The notes: generated from the letters alone by a model not told the origin. DNA of 63,343 bases, filler included, from Octopus bimaculoides (GCF_001194135.2; 5 parts of 4 records of this genome joined end to end with filler, not necessarily neighbours in it), one strand, 5' to 3'; positions 23,958-37,707 are shown, counted from the first letter of the whole stretch. Program-made: numbers and translations.

Positions 23958-25801
23958 TGTTAGACTAAATCCTTAAGATGGTACCGCAGTATGGTTGCAG
24001 TCCAATGAGTGAACAAGTGAAAAGATAATATTACATGCAGCGTATCGTGTGAAAGACGTCAAATTGCGTTTTGTGATAATGCTGCAGCATAGAACTTTAG
24101 GTATTTGGAGCATGTATGGAGTTACCTCTTAGTCACTGCAGCTGCCAGGTGCGCTATGATCCGATATGTTATGATAGAATCTGTCACGGGCTCCAGTCAT
24201 ATGCCACATAACACAAAATGATCCTGTGTCTAAGACAGGTCACATAACACAAAATGGTCCTGTGGCTAAGACTGAAGACTGAAGAGTGTTGTTCCCGAAT
24301 ATACATATGTCAAGTCCACTAGCGTGTAGACATGCCCAAATGTCATAACTGTTAATGAAATGAGAAACAAGAAAAGCTTCTAACAATGAAGAAAGTTTAA
24401 AAAAAAAACTTTATATTTTCTTTGAACATTCTCCATTGTTAGAAATTTTACTTATTTCTTATTTCATTCATTTTTCTATTTACTTATGTTTAGTCTATTT
24501 ATTTATGCTTAATTTACCTCGTACATTTATTGTCATTTTTGTATGCTTTTAGAAAATTTATGTGGTTTTCAACATGGCCGTGGATCAGAAGGTGCGAGCC
24601 CTGGAAGGGGCAATGCTACCAAATGTAGTGGCTAACTGGACAGAAGCTGGGATTTGATCAACCCTAGTTGGGTCACCTCGGTAACAGTTCCTGATGTTAA
24701 AAAACTCTAAATACACAATGACCGCAATAAACATCACTTGATGGTATGTCCAGGTGCATCATGGGATGACGTACGGAGAAAACTACATTTCATGTGTAAA
24801 CAATCATATTTCGTGCATGTAGTCATATTTTCGTGCATGTAGTGATATTGTGTTATCTATTATAGTTATTACATATAATCATATTCAGATTCTGCTTTTT
24901 TTTTTTATCTATTCTGTACCTTTGTTCTATTAAGCTATATTGTATCTTCTTATGTTTTCAGTATGTATCTTCAATATATTCCCTGCTTACTTTTGTCAGA
25001 TTTCACGTGTGTTTAGTCATCACAGGTTTGATATGTACACCTCTACTTTTATGCCAATTTTCCGTTGCATTTTCAGTGTCCAATTGTATTTATGTGTTTC
25101 TGTATGTGTTTATTCTATCATATATAATGTGTATATCACTGTTATATTACTTCAATAATATATTCTGTGTGTTTTATAGAATAAACGTTAACGCGAGACG
25201 TTTCACCGTTTTAGATATATATACGTTCCTTTCATTAACAACAATACTTCTTGATGTTAAATCAATGTTTATGCTGTTATAGATATTGTACTTAACGATT
25301 TCCATTGTTGTTGTTGCTATTGCTGTTACTGTTGTTGTGTATAAATTAATGTTATGGTTGTCGGTGGTGTTGTTGGTATTGATGTTGTTGCTACAGCTGC
25401 TGGAATCGCCTCAGTGCAATACTCAAAGACATTCTTCCTTCGATACATTATTTTTTTCTCGCATGTTCGATCTTTATTTCGCACCTTCATCAAAGTTTTA
25501 AGCTTACCCTAGCAACATCACACTTTGTAACAAAGCTCATGAAAAGAACAGTTAAAAAAAAAAGAATATAACAACGAAACAAAAAAAAAAACAACAACTT
25601 CATACGAAAATCAGTTACAGAAAACATAAAAGAAAAACCTCAACAGAATCACGTGCTTACAAGCGCATGCGTAAACTATTTCGTAGAAGGACGTATAGAA
25701 CATAGATACACCAAAGGCATTCATATATATGCAAGAAAACATTTGTGTGTGTGACTGTGCATGGGAGTGCGCATGTATGTATGTATATATGTATGTATGT
25801 A

Positions 25802-25911
<110 letters not shown>

Positions 25912-26110
25912 TGTATGTGTGCATATNNNNNNNNNNNNNNNNNNNNNNNNNNNNNNNNNNNNNNNNNNNNNNNNNNNNNNNNNNNNNNNNNNNNNNNNNN
26001 NNNNNNNNNNNNNNNNNNNNNNNNNNNNNNNNNNNNNNNNNNNNNNNNNNNNNNNNNNNNNNNNNNNNNNNNTGTGTATATATATATATATATACATGTG
26101 TATATGTGTG

Positions 26111-26160
<50 letters not shown>

Positions 26161-26197
26161 GAGAGAAAGAGAGAGAGATAGAAAGAGAGAGAGATAA

Positions 26198-26242
<45 letters not shown>

Positions 26243-26434
26243 CAATTAGATAGATAAGCACTTGCATCGTATGGTGTAGATCTGGAAGTTCACTCTCTCA
26301 GCGTTGGTTGGGTATTTGGTTAATGACAGAGACGAAGGATGGCTCGAAACAATTGTAGTGATCAATAAAGAATCTCGTATCTTCCATTTTCCGTCTCTCT
26401 CATTAAGCAAATATATATATTAATTTTTCTCTTA

Positions 26435-26737
26435 TTCGTTTCAGTCATGTGGACAAATCTACACCAAGACTTATTCTTTGGAAGTCTAGTACTTATTCTA
26501 TCGGTCTCTTTTACCGATCCGCTAGTTTACGGGGACAGAAAAAACATCAACATCCGTGTCAAGCCATGGTGGGGCGATGAACAGACACACAAATGCATAC
26601 ATATATACGACGGGCTCCTTTCAGTTTCTGTCTCTCAAAACCACTCACACGGTTTTGGTCAGCTCGAGGCTATAGTAGAAGACACTTACCCAAGGTACCA
26701 CGCAGTCGGACTGAACCCGGGACCGTGAGGCTGGGAA

Positions 26738-26741
<4 letters not shown>
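26435..26741 (-). mobile_element. tRNA-derived SINE (family B)
   Basis: Reverse complement matches 37708-38035 (gggttcagtcc..ccttgggtaagtgtcttctactatagcctcg..gaaactgaaa..agcccgtc and tail). Confidence 0.85.
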
Positions 26742-26783
<42 letters not shown>

Positions 26784-27481
26784 NNNNNNNNNNNNNNNNN
26801 NNNNNNNNNNNNNNNNNNNNNNNNNNNNNNNNNNNNNNNNNNNNNNNNNNNNNNNNNNNNNNNNNNNNNNNNNNNNNNNNNNNNNNNNNNNNNNNNNNNN
26901 NNNNNNNNNNNNNNNNNNNNNNNNNNNNNNNNNNNNNNNNNNNNNNNNNNNNNNNNNNNNNNNNNNNNNNNNNNNNNNNNNNNNNNNNNNNNNNNNNNNN
27001 NNNNNNNNNNNNNNNNNNNNNNNNNNNNNNNNNNNNNNNNNNNNNNNNNNNNNNNNNNNNNNNNNNNNNNNNNNNNNNNNNNNNNNNNNNNNNNNNNNNN
27101 NNNNNNNNNNNNNNNNNNNNNNNNNNNNNNNNNNNNNNNNNNNNNNNNNNNNNNNNNNNNNNNNNNNNNNNNNNNNNNNNNNNNNNNNNNNNNNNNNNNN
27201 NNNNNNNNNNNNNNNNNNNNNNNNNNNNNNNNNNNNNNNNNNNNNNNNNNNNNNNNNNNNNNNNNNNNNNNNNNNNNNNNNNNNNNNNNNNNNNNNNNNN
27301 NNNNNNNNNNNNNNNNNNNNNNNNNNNNNNNNNNNNNNNNNNNNNNNNNNNNNNNNNNNNNNNNNNNNNNNNNNNNNNNNNNNNNNNNNNNNNNNNNNNN
27401 NNNNNNNNNNNNNNNNNNNNNNNNNNNNNNNNNNNNNNNNNNNNNNNNNNNNNNNNNNNNNNNNNNNNNNNNNNNNNNNNN

Positions 27482-27513
<32 letters not shown>

Positions 27514-27529
27514 CGTATTATCTTTTACC

Positions 27530-27810
27530 TTTTACTCTTTACATTCATACCACAGCCTTCCTAAGACACGACCTTGAAGTGTTTAGTCGAACAAGTCGAC
27601 CCCAGTATGTTTTCCTCACCCTGGTTTATATCTTATCCCTGTTTATGCCGAACAGCAAAAGTACCACGAGGATTTTTTTTTTTTTTTTCATATCTAATAA
27701 TTCCAGCAACAATGCTTTAGTCGGTATGGTGCTATAACAGAATACACCTGCACAAGGTGCTACGCAGTGAGTTCCACCCGAAACTTCTTACCACACAGCC
27801 ACCTGCGATT
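27530..27810 (-). mobile_element. Degenerate SINE (family B-like head and tail)
   Basis: gtcgaccccagta.., gcacaaggtgctacgcagtgag..cttcttaccacacagccacctgcg. Confidence 0.6.
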
Positions 27811-28360
27811 TTATAGCGACGCCTGCGCTTTTAACCATCCCTGCACCATTAACTACATACATATATATATATACATACAGACATACATAAGTATATACAT
27901 TGACGTATGTATAAATGCATACACACACATATATAAACGTACATAATACATTTGTATGCATATGTGCATGACACTAGGTAGATGTGCGTGTGGCTGAGTA
28001 TTACGCACAATTAATTTCATATCAGGGAACTAGGAAGATGTCTGTGATGGGCACATATGGGAATCTTAGAATGCTTGGTCAAATGATGCTAAATATCATG
28101 CATAAATGTCTCTGAAATTGCACTCTTTCTACACACAAGATAGTCATGTATGAAATACGAGTGATCATAGAGTTATTTATTCAAAGTTCACCTAGGGTTA
28201 AGCAACTACAACAATAATAACAACGACGATGCATATTTTACGTGAGTCCCTGCGCGTTTGTTCTCACAAATACACACACACACATATAGGTGTGCGAGTG
28301 TAGCAACGTATGTATATACACATATATAAATATATACATATAAATATATATATATATATA

Positions 28361-28460
28361 NNNNNNNNNNNNNNNNNNNNNNNNNNNNNNNNNNNNNNNN
28401 NNNNTTAATTAATTAANNNNNNNNNNNNNNNNNNNNNNNNNNNNNNNNNNNNNNNNNNNN
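28361..28460. other. Artificial scaffold-join spacer (44N-TTAATTAATTAA-44N)
   Basis: Identical 100-bp structure occurs four times. Confidence 0.95.
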
Positions 28461-28860
28461 TATATATATATATATATATATATATATGTTTGTGTGTGTG
28501 TATGGAAAATTTTGTGCAGCAAACACAGAATTAAACTTTACCTTCAAAACATTTAACAGTCAATTAAATTGTTGTCGCCACTGTGCAGAACCATTTGTTT
28601 CTGTAGCATGACAGAGTAGGTCTTTCTTCAACATTTAACAAAAGTTTAACAACTGGTTTGTGTAAATTGGCGCAAAATAGATCCGGCTCACCTCAACATA
28701 TGCATGCATGCATCCATACACACATGCATATATGTGTGTGTGCATGCATGGCGGGGAGGGAGTGCAAATATTTATGTTCATTCTTTTACATATTGTTTGT
28801 TAGTCCATTCATTACATAACAATGTAACAATAATGTTATTTCTTTTCTCCCATTATTTAG

Positions 28861-29042
28861 CTATATTCTCGAGGCACAGTATGAATATGGCTACAAGATT
28901 GCTGGTGCAGTGGTTGGCGTTATAGTCGGATGTGTATTTTTAGTTGTCATATTTCGCTGTCTTGTGGCTCTTCGTCGAATGAATGATGTACAAGTAATTA
29001 CTGTGGAAGATGACACACAACACACTAGAAGTGTCTCCATGA
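28861..29042 (+). CDS. Candidate internal exon encoding the transmembrane helix of a single-pass membrane protein
   Basis: Acceptor tttcttttctcccattatttAG ending 28860; donor GTGAGT at 29043; open frame YILEAQYEYGYKIAGAVVGVIVGCVFLVVIFRCLVALRRMNDVQVITVEDDTQHTRSVSM; hydrophobic stretch followed by RR. Confidence 0.6.
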
Positions 29043-29120
29043 GTGAGTTAATAGATTTTTTTGATGATTTAATTACTATTTACATTTATGCTAAATGCAT
29101 ATCTGCATCTACGTGTATGA

Positions 29121-29201
<81 letters not shown>

Positions 29202-29485
29202 TTTCTCCTCAATTTACAACCTATGCAACTTACAACCACAAAAAATAAATAGCTAAATAAAGATTTTCAGACATTGGGTAGCTACACATATGATAACTAT
29301 AGCACCATCTGGCAATGCAGGCCTCTGTTAGACCAAGGCATCCATCCACTCAGTCGCTTCAAGCATCAGTTGCATTTGAATGACAATAGTGTCGAAAAAT
29401 ATAAGTCTCACATATGACCAGATTGACTTACAAACTGTCAGTCGAAATGGAACTCAGTTGTAAGTCAAAGAGAAGGTATATATAT

Positions 29486-30480
29486 CATCATCATCATCAT
29501 CGTTTAATATCCGCTTTCCATGCTAGCATGGGTTGGACGATTTGACTGAGGACTGGTGAACCGGATGGCTACACCAGGTTCTAATCTGATTTGGCAGAGT
29601 TTCTACAGCTGGATGCCCTTCCTAACGCCAACCACTCCGAGAGTGTAGTGGGTGCTTTTACGTGCCACCGGCACGAAGGCCAGTCAGGTGGTACTGGCAA
29701 CGGCCACGCTCAAAATGGTGTATTTTATGTGCCACCTGCACAGGAGCCAGTCCAGCGGCACTGGCACGATCTCGCTCGAATGTCTTTACACATGCCACTG
29801 GCACAAGTGCCAGGAAGGCGNNNNNNNNNNNNNNNNNNNNNNNNNNNNNNNNNNNNNNNNNNNNNNNNNNNNNNNNNNNNNNNNNNNNNNNNNNNNNNNN
29901 NNNNNNNNNNNNNNNNNNNNNNNNNNNNNNNNNNNNNNNNNNNNNNNNNNNNNNNNNNNNNNNNNNNNNNNNNNNNNNNNNNNNNNNNNNNNNNNNNNNN
30001 NNNNNNNNNNNNNNNNNNNNNNNNNNNNNNNNNNNNNNNNNNNNNNNNNNNNNNNNNNNNNNNNNNNNNNNNNNNNNNNNNNNNNNNNNNNNNNNNNNNN
30101 NNNNNNNNNNNNNNNNNNNNNNNNNNNNNNNNNNNNNNNNNNNNNNNNNNNNNNNNNNNNNNNTTGGCATGTGTGCCAGTTGTCAAATTTAGTTTGATTT
30201 TGATTTCGATTTCACTTGCCTCAACAGGTCTTCGCAAGTGGACTTTTGTGTCCAATGAACGAAGGTACGCATAAGTGGGCTGGCTACACCCCTGGCGGAG
30301 GCCCTGGATTTAGGTCTCACTTGGCTTGCCAGGTCTTCTCACGCACAACATATTTCCAAAGGTCTCGGTCAGAAGTCATCGCCTCAGTGAGGCCCAATGT
30401 TCGAAGGTCGTGCCTCACCACCTGATCCCAGGTCTTCCTGGGCCTACCTCTTCCACAGGTTCCCTCAACTTCTAGGGAGT
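29486..30480 (-). mobile_element. 5'-truncated RTE-type LINE 3' end (ORF C-terminus, long 3' UTR, (GAT)n tail), gap inside
   Basis: Minus translation near 30320-30470 VEGTCGRGRPRKTWDQVVRHDLRTLGLTEAMTSDRDLWKYVVREK is a typical RTE ORF end; (cat)n at 29486. Confidence 0.85.
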
Positions 30481-31329
30481 GGTACTTTTTCACACAGTCT
30501 CATCAATGAGGGACGCTCAACAGCTAACTGCAGCAACAACTCAACTCCCCACCAGCAATATATTGAAAGAGAATACCAGAACAGGCACTGGTGTCATGAT
30601 TAGCCAGTGAGCTTAGTGATAGCCAGTAAGCCTCTCTGTCACTACTATACATTATGTTATTGTTCCTACGTGCGTTTCACCATTATGATTGTTTGGAGTC
30701 CTACAATAGGTATTTCTTGTTCATTTAGATGTTCACCACAACAGATCATTTTAACATAGTTAACTTAAAGCAATAAAGTGTTCCCTGATGATCCACTGTG
30801 TTTGAGAATCTAAATTCACTTAGAACATCCATTGAAAGGATTCAAACAACCCTAATGGTGAAACTATAATATAAACTTGTATTTATCCTTATTTCTCCCA
30901 CATTTTCTATCTAGTTCATAACTAGTAATACTACTGAGTATAGAAGTTACTTAACAACTATACAGGAAGCAGGCTGGTAGATCAAGCCATACCATCACTA
31001 CTTGATCCACGACCTGGTCTGTATCTGAGAAGTGGCACACTATGCACCAATACAGGTTATGTTTTCTAGATGGAGAGAGTGGGTTTTGTCCAACACAAAC
31101 AAATTCCATTCTATACAACTCCTAGTTTAGGTCGTTCAGTGACGTGAAAACTATTCAAATCCAATGGCAATGAAATGGTAGCCATGAGAACAAGTGGAGA
31201 ATGTCACTGGAGGTCTCTAGCATGAGCTTTGCAATATGGTGGCAAGAAGTAGATGGCCATTGTGTGCAACTTATGTGAGCAATGTCATAGTCAGCATTCT
31301 CTTCTTAACTACAAAGCAGCCTATTTAAG

Positions 31330-33900
31330 ATGGCATCACTTTCCCTTGTATGGGGAGGAGACTGGAAAAGGTGTCCTAAAAATTGCTTGCTCACACAATG
31401 CTGTAATTACACTATAAATGACTGGACTTTCAACCATGCAGTCGAAAAAATATGAGAAGACAAAGAAAAAGGTTAGAATATAATAGTTTGGAATGTATGC
31501 ACACCCCCAGGACCACAAAAAGCATGCTGAGCACAAAACAGAATTTATGGCTCAGTTTCTGAGAGGTAAAAATGTTAGAATTGTTGCTGTTTTGGAGGCA
31601 AAACTACCAAATTTTGGTCAGCTGAATGAAGTAGTTGGAGGGTACACTTTCTTCTGGGTTGGTAAATCTGAGGCATTAAAAAGAGTATCTAGTGTGGGTT
31701 TCATTATTAATAATGATATTGTACATAATCTAAAATCCTTACCAAATGAAATTAGTGATTGTCTTATTTATTGCAAATACCAATTGGCCTACAAAAATAT
31801 GCCACACAATAAGTGCACATACACCAACACTTGGCTTAACAGATGCAGCTAGAGATAAGTTCTATTCCAATTTATGAATATTGTTGAGCTGAATTCCCAA
31901 TCAAGATAAAATTTTTCTCTTGGGAGATTGTAATGTCCATGTTGGATTAGATTCTAGACTAAATATTCTTGGTAAGAATGTTCTTGGTAAAATTAACTCA
32001 AATGGACTCCTGCTACTATCTTTGTGCAGTGAATTTGGACTTTCTATCACCAATACTCTTTTTCAACAGTCCAATAAAAACAAAATAACTTGGTATCATT
32101 CTAGATCAGGTCATGGTTATTTGATTGACTATGTGATTGTCTGAAGCCAAGATAGAAATGATGTTAAGTTAACACATTCTTTCCATAAGACAGAATGTTG
32201 GTCAGACCATGCTACTATAGTTTGTAGTAAGATAAAAAAAATATAATCAAAGTTGGTTATAAAATCGTAAGAAATTTATCAGGTGACTTGACATTTCAAA
32301 GGTCAAAGTAGATAACAACAAGGATATTCTCACTTAAAAACTTGATGGAAAGTTATGTAATGTTAGAATCACAGGAAATATAGAAGAATCATGAGGTCAA
32401 CTTAGAGATACTATTTATGTGTCATCCACAGATAAGTTTCCATGCCATAAAAACCAAAATTTGTTTGATAAAAATGACGAGGTTATAAATGAACAGTTTC
32501 AAGAAATGTACACATTTCATCATCATCATCATCGTTTAACGTCCGCTTTCCATGCTAGCATGGGTTGAACGATTTGACTGAGGACTGGTGAAACCAGATG
32601 GCTACATCAGGCTCCAATCTGATTTGGCAGAGTTTCTACAGCTGGATGCACTTCCTAACGCCAGGCTACAATCTGATTTGGCAGAGTTTCTACAGCTGGA
32701 TGCACTTCCTAATGCCAACCACTCAGAGAGTGTAGTGGGTGCTTTTACGAAGAATGAATTGCTGATAGGAACACAGCTAGAAAGAAAAAGCTTTACAAAT
32801 CTGCCAAAAACTCTGTTCAAACTACTGAAGTTCGAAAAATAAAGCAGCATTGGTGGAAACAAAAGGTTAAGTCTCTGCAAGAATCTGGTGACAAACATGA
32901 CAAGAAAAATCTTTATCAAAATTTGAAGTAGGTATTTGGTCTAAGTAAAGAAGGATGCTCTCCTGTTCTTTCTACAGAAGGGAATCTTCTCACAGATTGT
33001 AATGACATAGTGAAACATTAGGCAGAATATTTTAAAGGTGTACTCAATAGAGATACAACGGTAGACATGAACTCAATCAATAATATTCCCCAAAGACAGG
33101 TAATTAACTCTCTTGGATTGACTCCATGTTTACATGAAGTGAAAGTGGCTATAAAAGAATTCACCAATGCAAAAGCTCCAGGAGAGGATGGTATTCCTAG
33201 AGAATTTTTTTAATGTGGCAGAAATGTTTTGATAGATAAATTGACAGAGCTAATGGTCCAAATGTAGCAAATAGGACCCGTCCCTCAACAATTTAAAGAT
33301 GCAATGATTGTACATCCATAGAAGTATAAACATAATAAGTGTGAATGTGACATTCATCATGCCATATTGTTGTTCTCTGTTGCAGAAAAAAATCCTCTCT
33401 AGAGTCATCTTAAACAGAATTAACACTGACTTAGTCAGTTCTGTCTATCCAGAGGGTCAGTGTAGGTTTAGGTTGGGTTGAGGGACAGTGTACATGATAT
33501 TCAGTTTGCAACAAGTTATGTAGAAGGACTGGGAGCACACTAAAGACCTGTATGTGATACTTGTTGACCACAAAAGTCTTTGACTCTGCATGTTGACAGG
33601 CTTTGTATAAAGTATTAGCCAAGCTTGGGATTCCCGGGCAAATGCTAAATGTCATAGTGTCCCAACATAAAGATATGAAAACATTTGTTCACTCAAATGG
33701 CAATCAAACTCAGCCTTTTTGATGTTAAAAATGATATGAAACAAGGTTGTATTTTGGCACTAGTATTATTTGCCCTATGTTTTGCACTAAGGCTTGATTG
33801 TACCATTTCTGATGTAGAAGAGGGAGTGTTTCCTAAATGTAAGACAAGAGGCATCCTGAACCAACAGTGTTTCAAATCAAAAGCTAAATCTGCATCTCAG
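31330..33900 (+). mobile_element. Decayed RTE/BovB-like LINE (APE endonuclease + reverse transcriptase), many stops and frameshifts
   Basis: GQLNEVVGGYTFFWVGKS..VGFII; GDCNVHVG..NSNGLLLLSLCSEFGLSITNTLFQ..TWYHSRSGHGYLIDYVIV; KAPGEDGIP; KQGCILALVLF; 5' UTR may extend to about 30950. Confidence 0.92.
32518..32749 (-). mobile_element. Short RTE 3'-UTR copy nested in the BovB-like LINE, with internal 54-bp tandem duplication
   Basis: Same sequence as 29486-29670; units 32609-32662 and 32663-32716. Confidence 0.88.
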
Positions 33901-33901
33901 A

Positions 33902-34130
33902 CATCATCATCGTTTAACGTCCGCTTTCCATGCTAGCATGGGTTGGACGATTTGACTGAGGACTGGTGAAACCGGATGGCAACACCAGGCTCCAGTCTGA
34001 TTTGGCAGAGTTTCTACAGCTGGATGCCCTTCCTAACGCCAACCACTCAGAGAGTGTAGTGGGTGCTTTTACGTGTCACCCGCACGAAAACGGCCACGCT
34101 CGAAATGGTGTCTTTTATGTGCCACCCGCA
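33902..34130 (-). mobile_element. RTE 3'-UTR copy, cut by spacer
   Basis: catcatcatcgtttaacgtccgctttccatgctagcatgggttggacg.. near-identical to 29486. Confidence 0.88.
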
Positions 34131-34230
34131 NNNNNNNNNNNNNNNNNNNNNNNNNNNNNNNNNNNNNNNNNNNNTTAATTAATTAANNNNNNNNNNNNNN
34201 NNNNNNNNNNNNNNNNNNNNNNNNNNNNNN
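34131..34230. other. Artificial scaffold-join spacer
   Basis: 44N-TTAATTAATTAA-44N. Confidence 0.95.
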
Positions 34231-34265
<35 letters not shown>

Positions 34266-34299
34266 AACATACTTTTTTACTTTTACTTGTTTCAGGTAG

Positions 34300-35870
34300 A
34301 GACTGTGGCTGAGATAGTGTACCACCACTGGTGTGATTATTAGTGTCTTTCTTCTTAATTTTCATGACCTTCCATGTTTCAGTTTGGTGAATGAGGGAGT
34401 TGTACAACGCTATCTTCATTTGCGTTTCTTACTATAATGTGTTTTCATCTGGTGTGTAATGTAAACTTGTCCAAGTGATTTGGAATATATCCATGTTTAA
34501 GGTTCAATCTTTGAAGATTTTTGGTAAGATATTGAAAAACTGTGGGCCCTTGAGTTCTAATCTGTGGGTCCTTTCAAATTATACAGTGGTATCTAGTTCA
34601 GGGGTAACCATTGTGCATATGTTTTACATCTTTGCTCTAGGAAGTATTGCCTCAGTTCTTTTAGTCACTCCCATTGAGAGTGCGGCATCTTTATTCGGAA
34701 GCAATAGTTCAGACGACTAAGAACAAATGTTCTTCACAGAACCAACATGGTTTCTTTTTTTCTTGTTTTGAATGATTTCAGTTGCCTGCTTATTGTTTTC
34801 ATAGTAATATGCGCACGGAGTAGTGCGTAATTATTCACCCTCGGGTCCTAATAGTAGCTTGGCATTTTTCAGCATTGAACTGCATTTTTTCTCTTCAACT
34901 TACTTGCATGTTGCGCTCACGTATTTCTGTAACATCGCTTTATTGTCTGGGATCTTGACGGTCGGAGATACTTTTATATCTCAGACAGTGTAGCGGGTGA
35001 AAGTGGTTGACATTATGATGAAAGGTACGTCCGAGATAGCCAACATAAGCAGCCCCAGCACTATTCCCTGAGAGACTTCCCTCAGAGAGAGCACCGTTGG
35101 CTTCAACTGCTTGACGTTTACCATTTAAAAAGTCATATAACTATTCCCAAGGTCATGCAACTTGTGGACTATCATTCCGTGACCGACTTCATCGAAGACC
35201 TTTGCAAAGTCCCTATATATCACATTCACATTAAGATAATTGACCAATTGTAATGCTGTAGAGTCTGTGTGAGGCAGCTTCTTCCTAGACCGAAGCTGTA
35301 CTACGTGTCATTGAGCACTTTCTTGTAGAACCGAGACTAGCTTCCTTCTGACAATGTATTCTACTACTTTGCTGATGTGTGAAGTCAAAGAGATAAGATT
35401 ATTAGTCTTAGCATCTGCTTTGTTTCTTCCTTTTATTAGGAAGTTTGCCACATACAAGAAAGCTCTGGGAAAGTATCTGCAGTGGTTTTGCCAAAACCTT
35501 ATCTGTTTTTGAAAGAGTTGCTTTCTGAGTTCAAGCTCATCTCCTCAATAGCTAGTATTACATCGTCTTCTTTTATGTCGATGTAATCGATTTTTGTCTC
35601 TTTCCTGTGTATATATGCAGTGTTGAAGAATTCATCAGGTTTATTTATTCGTATATATCCTAGTGAGAGGTGAAAACACTCTGGAATTGTTTATTTAGTA
35701 TTTCCTTTATTGTTTGGTGTCGGCAGTGAGTGCGCTATTTTTTTCAAACAGTGGCCTCATCTTGAAATGCACCGAAGCGTTTTTTCTACAAAAATGAAAA
35801 AAGCTTTAATGTTCGTTTTCATAATTTCAACCGTCCAGGTCTCTCTTTCTTACCTCTTTTTATTCGTAGG
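34300..35870 (-). mobile_element. Decayed CR1/L2-like LINE (RT and 3' end)
   Basis: Minus translation near 35150-35240 NVNVIYRDFAKVFDEVGHGMIVHKLHDLG matches the VIYLDFAKAFDKVDH motif; KGPQFFNILPK-like segment near 34520-34560; boundaries approximate. Confidence 0.8.
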
Positions 35871-36299
35871 TGAGTCTAAGTATGATATATGATTTTAATC
35901 TCTGAAAGTGCAGCTTTGAAGTGGGACTCCTTGCTATCATTAAATTGTTCATTTAAGCGATTTGAGATTTCAAATCTTCGACTCTCCTGTCTCTAGAATC
36001 AATGTCTTATCTCTTGGATAAATTAAATACACATTGCTAGCTTTATTGACATAAATACTTTAAGTTGCATGTCATTTTCTTGCATAGAAAAGCTTTCGTA
36101 CCATTTTCGTACCATTTTCATTTCAGAATATCTTTTTTACTGATCTCTAGCCAGCTAAGTCGAAGTTTAGCTCTGTAGAAGTTTGGGTAGTACACATCAA
36201 GTATAAATCTTTGATTTAATCTTGACTGTACATTGTTCTACTATGTTATGTTTCGAGAAAATCATTGGCATCACCTTCACATGGTGGATGAGTTCCATT

Positions 36300-37170
36300 A
36301 GTGAAAATAGATTCAAGGTATTGCTCCTAGTCATGCATTGTGCCATTGCTTCATAGACATCATTTTAGTGAGATCAAGAAGACACTCTACTTAATCTCAC
36401 TAAAATAGAATGCGGAGGTTATTCTACTGAATTTCTTTGAGCAAAACCTCATCAAGTTTGGTGTTTATTATGTTAGTGTTGGGTGCTCCATCTTGCTAGA
36501 AAGAAAATTTTACATATTCAAAGCCCACATGAATACTTAGCATAGCAGATTGTCGGAGCAAGTTCAAGTAAATGGGACTAGTCACAGTACCATCAAAAAA
36601 GATTCAATTAATCCTTTTGGTGACATATTTTTGTTGCATCATACAGTAACTTCTGGTAAATTAACATCTTCGTAAGGGGCGGATTCACACTCCCTCATTA
36701 AGTGCAATTGTGGAAGCTAAGTGAGCCATTTAGTTTAAATGTACCTTACCACTCCAAACAATCTTTATTGGAAAGTGTGCAGCTTTTGCACATCTCGTCA
36801 CATGGACTATTTTTGGAATGTAGCCTTTCCAATGACAGCGCTTCAAGATACGATGGACGTTTGGTTTTGAAATTTCTGTATTTTGACACGCTTGCTGCCC
36901 AGATTTTCTTGAATTCTGATATGTTTCTAGCATCCTTCTTAGCTTTGTAGGATCCGTCGATGTCTGCGGACTTCCGGAACAGTTCCGTCTACTTGACACT
37001 TCTTTCTAATTCGAGTGATGCTAAGTCGAGTTGGTGGATGTTTGAAACTCCATCCCAAAACTGGCACTTCGACTGCGCTTTCAAACCTCCATTAGCACTT
37101 TAGGAAAAAATTTCCGTTGTTCCAAAGTTAGTCTGTCTCCTTCATTATTTTTAATGGGTTAAATGAAAAT
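36300..37170 (-). mobile_element. Decayed Tc1/mariner-superfamily transposase
   Basis: SGSPQTST..SRKSGQQACQNTEISKPNVHRILKRCHWKGYIP..IVWSG; QDGAP at about 36480-36500; LDLT at about 36370-36385. Confidence 0.8.
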
Positions 37171-37707
37171 TGAGTTATTAGCTGTTAAAGTACNNNNNNN
37201 NNNNNNNNNNNNNNNNNNNNNNNNNNNNNNNNNNNNNNNNNNNNNNNNNNNNNNNNNNNNNNNNNNNNNNNNNNNNNNNNNNNNNNNNNNNNNATTCTCA
37301 AAGACTTTTGATAATCTTTTTCTAAAAAAGTGAAACCGGTTATTAAGGTTTCTCACTGACATCATTGTAATTTCTAACCTTTAATTTGTAATTCTAAATT
37401 TTTAATAAGGTTTTGTGATATTCATTATATCACTCTACATATTGAACTATTTCTTTCTTATATTTTCATACATATTCTTATTTGAGCTATCTCTTCTATC
37501 TAGTGTATTCTTCAATAATACTTTTAATATGTTCTGAATGTCTTAATGTATTTGTTGTATTAATGTATGTCATAAATACAAGATAATTATCTAATTTTTA
37601 TTTCTTCTTTAAATTATATTATTTATTATCTAGTGTCTCAGGTTCAACCTGAGCACTTCGAAACAGTTTTATGTTTCGAAAGAAAGACTAATTTAATTAA
37701 GTAGCTA

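Noticed and set aside
24200-24272. 36-bp two-unit repeat as a CRISPR-like array
   Set aside because: Simple tandem duplication with no unique spacers; eukaryotic context; no CRISPR array anywhere in the window
28405-28416. TTAATTAATTAA as a conserved biological motif
   Set aside because: Always centred in exactly 44+44 N; synthetic linker
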